From contig JBOHNX010000002.1 of the NCBI GenBank assembly GCA_050730875.1, positions 156,805 through 220,804 of the forward strand: a stretch of 64,000 nt of DNA, given 5' to 3'. Made by a program: the position numbers and the translations under genes. Below the pieces are notes generated by a model. It saw nothing but the letters and a program-made list of their open reading frames with translations. It did not search any database and was not told the origin of the DNA. Of the stretch, positions 47,666 to 55,008 are shown piece by piece. Source of the stretch: Candidatus Saccharimonadales bacterium. Its GTDB lineage: Bacteria; Patescibacteriota; Saccharimonadia; Saccharimonadales; EFPC-124. Position 1 is the stretch's first letter; every line of letters starts with the position of its first letter.

Positions 47666-48058
47666 ATGAACATTTTTACACGAATCATTACAGCTTTTGC
47701 ACTAGTCTTTTCCTTTGTGGGGGCGCCCTTAGTTTTAAGTGCACAACCTGTTTCGGCTCAAAGCCCTGAAGAATCTCTTTGTAAGGGTTCTGGCGGGAAC
47801 TGGAGCAACGGAAAATGTACCAAAGGAAGCCGTGATTTGCTGGGAGCTGTACGGCAAGTCTCGAACATCCTTATATTTATCGTGGCTGCGGTCTCGGTAG
47901 TTATGATCATCATTGGTGGGCTGCGTTACGCGGTATCGCAGGGCGACCAGGCGGCGGTGAGCTCAGCAAAGAATACGATTATTTATGCAGTTGTCGGTTT
48001 AATTATTGCAGTTGCAGCCTTCGCGGTTGTAAACTTTGTGGTAGTCAACATTACGTAG
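47666..48058 (+). CDS. T4SS pilin-like protein, paralogue 5
   Basis: Signal peptide ...QPVSA, loop C-KGSGGNWSNGK-C, and RYAVSQGDQAAVSSAKNTIIYAVVGL. Confidence 0.75.
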   Translation: MNIFTRIITAFALVFSFVGAPLVLSAQPVSAQSPEESLCKGSGGNWSNGKCTKGSRDLLGAVRQVSNILIFIVAAVSVVMIIIGGLRYAVSQGDQAAVSSAKNTIIYAVVGLIIAVAAFAVVNFVVVNIT

Positions 48059-48110
48059 CTGGTCAATTAGTCTACGAATGGTACAATAAGGACATAAGGA
48101 GAAATAACAG

Positions 48111-48557
48111 ATGAAAGCAGTGCTTAAAAAAGTCGCTCAGGCCACTCTGCTTGTTCCCGCACTTGTGCTGGGTTTAGCAGTCGTAGTACCTGGAGTAGCT
48201 TACGCGCAAGAATGTACAGAAGTTGATGTACGCGAAGGAATTGGCCAAGGTGCACGTTGTGCGAAACCAACAAACGCGGCCGAAAACCTCTTTGGTCCAG
48301 AAAGTATCTTCACTACCGTTACAAACATCCTGTTGTTCATCATTGGTGCAATTGCGGTGATCATGCTGATTGTCGGTGGTATCCGCTACGTTGTATCTGG
48401 CGGTGACCAAGCAGCAGTTACGAGCGCGAAGAACACCATTCTGTATGCCATCATCGGTATTGTGGTTGCCTTCCTGGCATTTGCTGCAGTCCAATTCGTG
48501 ACCAGCCAGCTTAACCAAGGTACTGGCACGAGCGTTACTTCAAGCAGAACTGTCTAA
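48111..48557 (+). CDS. T4SS pilin-like protein, paralogue 6
   Basis: Signal peptide ...PGVAYA, loop C-TEVDVREGIGQGAR-C, RYVVSGGDQAAVTSAKNTILYAIIGI, and its own SD (AAGGAGAAA). Confidence 0.75.
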   Translation: MKAVLKKVAQATLLVPALVLGLAVVVPGVAYAQECTEVDVREGIGQGARCAKPTNAAENLFGPESIFTTVTNILLFIIGAIAVIMLIVGGIRYVVSGGDQAAVTSAKNTILYAIIGIVVAFLAFAAVQFVTSQLNQGTGTSVTSSRTV

Positions 48558-48578
48558 AACCAACAAGATGCTCTTAAA

Positions 48579-48604
48579 ATAAGGCTCCATGGAGCCTTAT
48601 TTTA
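48579..48604 (+). terminator. Rho-independent terminator after the pilin array
   Basis: ATAAGGCTCCATGGAGCCTTAT palindromic hairpin followed by TTTAT. Confidence 0.6.
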
Positions 48605-48624
48605 TATACCGAGCATTGGCAAAC

Positions 48625-48655
48625 AAAAAACCGACTTCAGGAGCCGGCTTTTTGT
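48625..48655 (-). terminator. Rho-independent terminator after hsp20
   Basis: On the minus strand: GCCGGCT-CCTGA-AGTCGGT followed by TTTTTTG. Confidence 0.5.
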
Positions 48656-48669
48656 TTCGCGGGTCGAAA

Positions 48670-49134
48670 CTATTGAATTTCGATTTTGCGAGCTTGTTCT
48701 TGCTTGACCTTAGTGAAGCCGATAGTCAGTACGCCATCTTTCAGGACGGCTTCTACTTCTTCTTCCTTCACCTGGACCGGCAAGGCAATGGTGCGCGAGA
48801 AGTCGCCCCAGTAGCATTCTTGCAAGTGCCACTGTTCTACTTCTTCTTCGCCACTCGTAAGAGTGCCGCTGATTGTAAGAATTCCGTCAGAAATACTTAC
48901 GTCTAGGTCTTGCTTGTTCACACCTGCGGTGCGAGCTTTTACTACAAGCCTCTCTTTTGTTTCGTAGACGTCAACAGCCAGCTGGCCCGGGACAGCTTCT
49001 TCCTCTTCCCAGGTCTCTTCGGCGACAGTCGCGTTCGCATCACCCACCTGAGCGTCGTCGTCATCACCTAAAAAGGCAGCGGCCAATTCGTCTTCCATCA
49101 GCAAATCGTCGTTTTGCTTCTGTCCTCGTGCCAT
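48670..49134 (-). CDS. hsp20: Small heat-shock protein, Hsp20/alpha-crystallin family
   Basis: Alpha-crystallin core: QLAVDVYETKERLVVKARTAGVNKQDLDVSISDGILTISG...FSRTIALPVQVKEEEVEAVLKDGVLTIGFTK. Confidence 0.9.
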   Translation of the reverse strand: MARGQKQNDDLLMEDELAAAFLGDDDDAQVGDANATVAEETWEEEEAVPGQLAVDVYETKERLVVKARTAGVNKQDLDVSISDGILTISGTLTSGEEEVEQWHLQECYWGDFSRTIALPVQVKEEEVEAVLKDGVLTIGFTKVKQEQARKIEIQ

Positions 49135-49233
49135 TTACACCTCCACTTCTATTTGATTCGCTTGAGGTTGCTGTAGGTTGATTATAGCGGAAACGCGCAA
49201 AGTATGGCAATATTGTACTCTAGGGAAGTAAAA

Positions 49234-49944
49234 ATGACATCATTACTCGAGAAGACAATTGCTTTTTTGGCACCATATACCTGCCTAGCGTGTAGTAAAG
49301 AAAACAATATTGTGTGTACTGCATGCTTAATAGACGTATTTGTGAGCCCGGCAAGCGCTTGCGTTATGTGTACCCGCCCCACTCCTGAGTACCAGGTATG
49401 CCCAAGCTGTCGTAAAAGTTGCAAACTTGAGCGAATTTGGATGGCCGGTACGTATGAAAAAGTGACCGAAAGGGTGATTTATGCTTATAAATTTGACGGC
49501 GCGCGTAGTGCCGCTGGGACGCTCGCACAAGCGCTAGATGCCGCGCCTCCCTATCTTCCAACAAATACTATCTTGGTGCCAGTTCCGACCGCTCCTGCAC
49601 GGATTCGTCAGCGAGGCTACGACCAAACACTCCTACTAGCTAAAGAGTTGGCAAAACTGAGAGGGCTGAACGTGGTGCATTGCCTAGAACGTCAACACGA
49701 CCTACGCCAGGTTGGATCGGGGCGGAAGCAGCGTCAACAGCAAGCAAAGAGCGCATTTCGATTAAAGAAGCGGCAAGCTGAGAAGATAAAAGGTAAGCCA
49801 GTACTGCTTATTGACGACGTCTTGACCACTGGTGCAACCCTATCCGCTGCCGCCGAGTTGCTGTACGCGGCAGGTAGTATGGCGCTCAATGCAGCAGTCG
49901 TGGCTTGGCAACTGCCGCCAGAGTTAAAAGAGATATCGTCATAG
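49234..49944 (+). CDS. comF: ComF-family protein (ComFC-like phosphoribosyltransferase-fold competence protein)
   Basis: N-terminal 4-Cys zinc-finger pattern (CLAC...CTAC / C..C...CPSC) and the PRTase motif VLLIDDVLTTGATL. The start could also be at 49204. Confidence 0.8.
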   Translation: MTSLLEKTIAFLAPYTCLACSKENNIVCTACLIDVFVSPASACVMCTRPTPEYQVCPSCRKSCKLERIWMAGTYEKVTERVIYAYKFDGARSAAGTLAQALDAAPPYLPTNTILVPVPTAPARIRQRGYDQTLLLAKELAKLRGLNVVHCLERQHDLRQVGSGRKQRQQQAKSAFRLKKRQAEKIKGKPVLLIDDVLTTGATLSAAAELLYAAGSMALNAAVVAWQLPPELKEISS

Positions 49945-49981
49945 TTTAACAGATGTGCTACAATAGCCACGTCCCGAACAA

Positions 49982-50071
<90 letters not shown>

Positions 50072-50132
50072 CATCTAAGCTATCGTCAACAGATTGAATG
50101 TATAGTACAATAGCGCAAGTTAGCGGCCACAC

Positions 50133-50225
50133 GGAGGAGTACCCAAGTGGCTGAAGGGGACGGTTTGCTAAATCGTTAGTAGGGGGCAACCTCTAGCGAG
50201 GGTTCGAATCCCTCCTCCTCCGCCA
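50133..50225 (+). tRNA. tRNA-Ser (anticodon GCU), CCA encoded
   Basis: Acceptor GGAGGAG/CTCCTCC, anticodon arm ACGGT-TTGCTAA-ATCGT (one G-U pair), long variable arm, T-loop GGTTCGAATCC. Confidence 0.88.
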
Positions 50226-50226
50226 A

Positions 50227-50262
50227 AATAATGAGACGGTCTTATGGCCGTCTCATTATTTT
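50227..50262 (+). terminator. Rho-independent terminator after the tRNA-Ser pair
   Basis: AATAATGAGACGG-TCTTATGG-CCGTCTCATTATT followed by TT. Confidence 0.65.
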
Positions 50263-50400
50263 GCATGATGGCTGCGTTCGAACCCGGCTTGGCTGAGCGC
50301 GGTGAGCAAAGCGAACTACGAGCGAGCAGAATAATATCGAATCCCTCCTCCTATTTTTAGGGCAAGTCTCATTAACGTTGTAAGCATTAATGTTATACTA

Positions 50401-51009
50401 ATGGCTAGTATGCAGGATGAATCGCAGCGCGCACCGGACCAGCAAGACGATCCGCAGGCGTTTTACCAATCTACAGAACCTGGCTATGAGGGGTATGAAC
50501 CTGGGGACAACAAATGGGTTGAACCCGCTGCTGACGTGGCAAAAACGCCGATGACCGAGCCTATAAGCTGGGAAGCCTCGGAATACATTCATCACAGCAA
50601 AGACATAGTATGGTTCGTTGGTTTTGGTCTTATTGTGGCGGTGTTAATTGGTGTCGCAATATGGCTGGCCTCCTGGACGTTCTTGGCCCTGGTGGTAGTT
50701 ATGGCGGTCGCATTTGTTATTTTTGCGCTGCGACAACCGCGTGTTGTCCACTACAGCCTTACCGATAGGGGCGTTCAGATTGGTGAAAAAACCTACGACT
50801 ACACTGACTTCCGTGCCTTCGGTGTTGTACCGGATGGCGGCATCTATTCGGTTATGCTGGTGCCGACAAAACGCTTTATGCCTGCTGTAACCATGTATTT
50901 TGCCGAAGAAGATGGCGAGAAGATTGTAGACGTCTTGAGCGTACACCTACCGATGGAGGAATTTAACCAAGACCCCATCGACCAATTAATGCGCCGTTTA
51001 CGCTTTTAA
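50401..51009 (+). CDS. Hypothetical membrane protein (two TM helices, with a C-terminal domain that may be PH-like)
   Basis: Acidic N-terminus, a TM hairpin (VWFVGFGLIVAVLIGVAIWLA / FLALVVVMAVAFVIFAL), and a C-terminal domain of about 90 aa. Confidence 0.5.
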   Translation: MASMQDESQRAPDQQDDPQAFYQSTEPGYEGYEPGDNKWVEPAADVAKTPMTEPISWEASEYIHHSKDIVWFVGFGLIVAVLIGVAIWLASWTFLALVVVMAVAFVIFALRQPRVVHYSLTDRGVQIGEKTYDYTDFRAFGVVPDGGIYSVMLVPTKRFMPAVTMYFAEEDGEKIVDVLSVHLPMEEFNQDPIDQLMRRLRF

Positions 51010-51120
51010 CCGCGGTCAGTTTATGCTATAGTTCTCTCTGTTCTGTCTAAGGCAGGAAGTACCTTCTAGTTCAAGGTGCAGCTTTGGAGACGTAGCAATA
51101 CTTCTTTAGGGCTGCAACAT

Positions 51121-51197
51121 GCACCCGTAGCTCAGCTGGATAGAGCGTTGGCTTGCGGAGCCAAAGGTCACATGTTCGAATCATGTCGGGTGTACCA
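51121..51197 (+). tRNA. tRNA-Arg with anticodon GCG (not ACG), CCA encoded
   Basis: Hand-folded cloverleaf: GCACCCG TA GCTC AGCTGGATA GAGC G TTGGC TTGCGGA GCCAA AGGTC ACATG TTCGAAT CATGT CGGGTGT A CCA. A20, C35 and G36 fit Arg identity. Confidence 0.85.
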
Positions 51198-51229
51198 AGA
51201 AAAATAGGCAACTTTGGTTGCCTATTTTT
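51198..51229 (+). terminator. Rho-independent terminator after tRNA-Arg
   Basis: GAAAAATAGGCAAC-TTTG-GTTGCCTATTTTTC. Confidence 0.65.
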
Positions 51230-51385
51230 CTTGACCGAATGCTTGGTGTCCGGGCAACACGCCGTCAATTTACCAATCTGTGCCAAGCCGCATTACCTTT
51301 TTTGCTCTCTACCCTTGGCTGAGAAACTCAACGCCGATTTTATCAACGTAGACGATCTGAATGAGTCTTTGCTAGACTAAGTGTT

Positions 51386-51964
51386 ATGACAACTATGGAA
51401 AACCAACCAAGTACTGAAGGCGGCCCGTTGCGCGTCTTCACCGATGGCACCGTAAACATTGCTAAAGATCTCGGCGAGATAAGGGAGCGCATGGGTAAAT
51501 TGAACCCTCAATTTATTGCCATGCTCGCGGCGCGGACGTCGTTACCTTTTACGTCATATGAGGATGAGTTGAAAGGCTTGACCGCGGCACACCAGTACGC
51601 TGCCGAAACACACCCGGATTTACGAGGTTTCCCTGAACTCGCTTTAGGAGTGGTAGCAGTGCTTGCTTCTCATAAAATCAATATTACCGAGGACACGGGC
51701 CCACTCCTAGATGTGCTCGCTGAGCGGACAAGATTGGCAATCGATGCTGGGCGCTTCAAGAAGGACGATGAGCAGATTTCCGCTTTGCCGCAACAAATTA
51801 CAAATATCACTGCAGCGCGAAAAGTTGCTGAGGGTGCCGACTCGGAGAGAGAGGATTTTCCCGACATCGTGGCAGGTGTATGGGGTGCCGCTGTTCCGCT
51901 TACGGTGACACTACAGCGCCTGAAGGTAGCTACGGCTACTGAGCTAATTGATAAGCCTAAATAG
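51386..51964 (+). CDS. Hypothetical protein; the C-terminal half is weakly AroQ (chorismate mutase / isochorismate-pyruvate lyase)-like
   Basis: LLDVLAERTRLAIDAGRFKK...ISALPQQITNITAARKVAEG resembles the AroQ helix-1/helix-2 pattern (LL.LL.ER..LA..IG..K). This is motif-level similarity only. Confidence 0.4.
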   Translation: MTTMENQPSTEGGPLRVFTDGTVNIAKDLGEIRERMGKLNPQFIAMLAARTSLPFTSYEDELKGLTAAHQYAAETHPDLRGFPELALGVVAVLASHKINITEDTGPLLDVLAERTRLAIDAGRFKKDDEQISALPQQITNITAARKVAEGADSEREDFPDIVAGVWGAAVPLTVTLQRLKVATATELIDKPK

Positions 51965-52889
51965 CCATACCCAGCGGTGCCAGCACCGTTTGCATTTTAA
52001 GCTCCGTTTCGCGCCATTCTTTGGCGGGGTCGGATGTATCGATAATGCCTCCGCCGGCGAACAATACGATTTTATCTTTTAAAATGCGCATGCAACGGAT
52101 AAGCACAAACGCATCAATGTCGCCGTTTGGATATTCGATACAGGCATAGCCGCTGTACAGGCTGCGGTCGAATGTTTCGTGCTTCTCGATAAACGACAAC
52201 GCGGCTTTGCGCGGAAAGCCGCACATTGCTGCTGTTGGGTGCAGAGCTGCCAACAGCATTTTTGGATCATCTTTGAATTTAAAACTGAGTTCGCTTTTTA
52301 AGTGCGCCACAGGGCCATTTTTTGAAATTTTTACTGGGCCTACATTTACATCGGTGACGCCAATCTTACGGAGCTGCTTTTTGATGTCCTCGACAACATA
52401 ATTTTGCTCGGTACGTTCTTTGTCGGTCCACGTCCAGTTTTTGATTTTTACGGCTGGAATGGTCCCGGCCAGCGCCATTGTTGTGTAGTGCGTGCCGCGT
52501 TTTCGCAGGAGAAGCTCGGGGCTCGCTCCAAGCCAAGTGCCGTGGCGGCCAGAGTGAATAAGAAAGCGGAAAGCCTTTGGGTGCGCTACGACTAATGCCT
52601 CGAACCGTCCCATAAAACTGTGAGGCTGCGGGTGCTTAAGCGTTGTCTGGCGAGCGAGGACCACTTTCTTAAGCTTCCCCTCTTTGATAGCACGTATTGC
52701 CTTCTTGATGACTTTTGTGTGTTCGGCTACCGAAGCGTCGCGCGCGAACCCCGTTTGCCCACGGTCGTTAAAAGGTGTCAGCGTTAGGCTGACACCTTCG
52801 GCATTTACAAAATGTCCCGCTGACTCCTTAAAAGTTAACCGTCTAGAATCGCCTGGCAAGATTAAAGATGCAAAATAATCCGTTTTCAT
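51957..52889 (-). CDS. Isochorismate synthase-like chorismate-binding enzyme (short form, 310 aa)
   Basis: KKVVLARQ ... WLGASPELLL ... TMALAGT ... LHPTAAMCGFP ... RSLYSGY ... FVLIRCM ... FAGGGIIDTSDPAKEWRETELK. Confidence 0.8.
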   Translation of the reverse strand: MKTDYFASLILPGDSRRLTFKESAGHFVNAEGVSLTLTPFNDRGQTGFARDASVAEHTKVIKKAIRAIKEGKLKKVVLARQTTLKHPQPHSFMGRFEALVVAHPKAFRFLIHSGRHGTWLGASPELLLRKRGTHYTTMALAGTIPAVKIKNWTWTDKERTEQNYVVEDIKKQLRKIGVTDVNVGPVKISKNGPVAHLKSELSFKFKDDPKMLLAALHPTAAMCGFPRKAALSFIEKHETFDRSLYSGYACIEYPNGDIDAFVLIRCMRILKDKIVLFAGGGIIDTSDPAKEWRETELKMQTVLAPLGMAI

Positions 52890-52945
52890 AACCCCCCCTT
52901 TTTTTTGCGTGATGGCACCTAAAAATTATGCAACCTAGCCTACGG

Positions 52946-53470
52946 CTAAACAGGCAGTTTGGCGTGGTAATCGCTCCAAATGGCGTGCATGGATGGTGCG
53001 ATTTCATCTGTTTGGTGCGTGGCCATGTTTCGGAATTCGCGCGAAGTCGTTACAACCAAAGTATCGATATCCAGGATACTATAAACAGACGGCGCCTCGC
53101 CTACCAGGTAAAACACGCTCATGTAGTTGTAGCGGCCATCTGGCAGTTTATACATTTTTTCGCCCAGTAATGTGGGCGCAGCGTGGTCGATAAATAATTC
53201 GCGCGCTAGGCCACGTTTTGCGGCTTCCAGAGCTGTCTCTTGCGTTCTGCGGATGGTAGCCATTGGGCTGCCGATTTGGCGTGCATAGAGGTTGAGTAGG
53301 TCTTCGCGTGGCGGAATAACCCCTAGCACAAGCTCACCGCGCGGCGTGATAAGTAATACGTGTATGGTGTGGTAAATATTATGGAGTTTGTCGACATCTC
53401 GCCGTGGTTTTTGGCCGACAACAACACCCTCTTTATCCAGAATATCTACGAGATGCGCTGTATGCTCCAT
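52946..53470 (-). CDS. NUDIX-fold protein with a degenerate Nudix box
   Basis: An N-terminus like that of IDI/Nudix family members (VDILDKEGVVVGQKPRRDV...HTIHVLLITPRGELVL). The box region ETALEAAKRGLARELFID keeps RE but lacks the EE pair. Confidence 0.45.
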   Translation of the reverse strand: MEHTAHLVDILDKEGVVVGQKPRRDVDKLHNIYHTIHVLLITPRGELVLGVIPPREDLLNLYARQIGSPMATIRRTQETALEAAKRGLARELFIDHAAPTLLGEKMYKLPDGRYNYMSVFYLVGEAPSVYSILDIDTLVVTTSREFRNMATHQTDEIAPSMHAIWSDYHAKLPV

Positions 53471-53501
53471 TGTCGTTGGGTCCGACTTTTATTATAGCAA
53501 C

Positions 53502-54554
53502 TTAATTATTTTGTGGCTGCTCGGGAAGTGTGGGCGCTTCGCTTGGCGCTGGTGATGGAGGTGTGAGTTGTTGCTGCTCTTCCCTATCTTTGTGGAGTTT
53601 GCGCATGATAAGCCATGTAGCAAAACTTACTACGAGTACTGCGGCACTTATGATACTCAAATTGCGTCCAATATCGGGAATTGCTTGTCGCAAGACCGGA
53701 TCGATCAGCTGCGCAACTATGGCTTGTTGGGCAGGATCGGCCGCGCCGAGCACTGAGCCAATCTGTACGCTACTACCGAGGTACAGTGCTACTAAGCCCA
53801 GGATAAAGCCAAGCAAGGTGCTGAAGAAAACGCGGCGCCCCAGCGAGGCAACGGCGGCAAACTTGGTGCGCGCAACAAAGAATTCATCAACAGCGCAGAA
53901 TATTGCAAGAAGCGGCAGCGCAATTATCAACCACGACACATTAGTCGCAACGGCGCGAAGCACATCGGCGCCTGGCAGTGAGATCTCGCCAAATGATTTT
54001 TCGGTAATGGGTTTTTCGAACAGGGTGCTACTAGCGGCAGCACGGCTGGCAAGCTCGCCTGCGTAGTTGTGCGCATCTATACGTGGCGGCAGGCACTGCG
54101 CTGTTACGGGGTCGACCAGTTGCGAACGAGTCACACAGGGCGGAAGTTTTGCCACGACCGGCTCGATTTCGGCTGTTAAATTGTTGGCAAGGGCAGGCCG
54201 CTGGTCGTTAATCGGTATGGAAAATGCTATGCGGTCTGTTTTGCCGTGCAGCCAATCGTAGGTTGTATCTATAACCTTCTCTGTGTTTTGTTCGATGTAG
54301 CTTGGCGGGAATGTACGTTCTAGTGCTCGCTGCAGCATTTCATTTGTTAGCAGCGACGGCTGTTCTTCCGCGGTATTTGTTTTAACGGCTGCCGAGAGCG
54401 CATTTGTATACACGCCACTTTTATCGAGCCACGTTTTTACCGCATCACGATTCAAAACAGTGGTAGAAAGCGTCATAAGACCAATAAAAGCAGTAATTGC
54501 CAGCGTACAAACAAGTGTCAGCAACGCGGCAGTCGCGGCGCGGAAAATTCTCAT
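53502..54554 (-). CDS. Hypothetical membrane protein (N-terminal TM, a large ectodomain and a C-terminal cluster of four TMs)
   Basis: Hydrophobic segments at the N-terminus and at aa ~200-320, with a Pro-rich tail. Confidence 0.5.
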   Translation of the reverse strand: MRIFRAATAALLTLVCTLAITAFIGLMTLSTTVLNRDAVKTWLDKSGVYTNALSAAVKTNTAEEQPSLLTNEMLQRALERTFPPSYIEQNTEKVIDTTYDWLHGKTDRIAFSIPINDQRPALANNLTAEIEPVVAKLPPCVTRSQLVDPVTAQCLPPRIDAHNYAGELASRAAASSTLFEKPITEKSFGEISLPGADVLRAVATNVSWLIIALPLLAIFCAVDEFFVARTKFAAVASLGRRVFFSTLLGFILGLVALYLGSSVQIGSVLGAADPAQQAIVAQLIDPVLRQAIPDIGRNLSIISAAVLVVSFATWLIMRKLHKDREEQQQLTPPSPAPSEAPTLPEQPQNN

Positions 54555-54618
54555 GGTTTTATTGTAGCTTGGCTTCCTACGCCGCGCCAGTCACATCTGT
54601 TATAATTGTGACGTTCAC

Positions 54619-54746
<128 letters not shown>

Positions 54747-54879
54747 TCTGTCGATAGAGGGGTTCGAACTGGAGGTTGAGCACTGCCAGTGGCAGTGCGA
54801 AGAATCCTTGTTAAGCCAAACGAAAGCCTTAGCTGGAGTGAGCAGAATCTCCCTCCAAGTTTTGTTTATCCACAAAAAA

Positions 54880-54899
54880 TTTTCACAATGTTGTGAAAA
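54880..54899. promoter_or_regulatory. 20-bp palindrome upstream of the rhs gene (candidate operator)
   Basis: TTTTCACAA-TG-TTGTGAAAA has perfect 9-bp arms and lies about 110 nt upstream of the rhs ATG. Confidence 0.35.
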
Positions 54900-55008
54900 A
54901 CCTATTGATTTCATGGCCAAGAGACTCTATCTTTAACTTAGTAATACGTTGGAGGGGTGCACATGGTAGCTCAGTTAATTCGTAATCTTTTAAAAGCGAG
55001 CTACTAGT

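Noticed and set aside
54866-54874. Perfect DnaA box TTATCCACA upstream of rhs
   Set aside because: It is a single isolated site with no AT-rich unwinding element or box cluster, and the origin is clearly at dnaA. I mention it only as part of the rhs leader.
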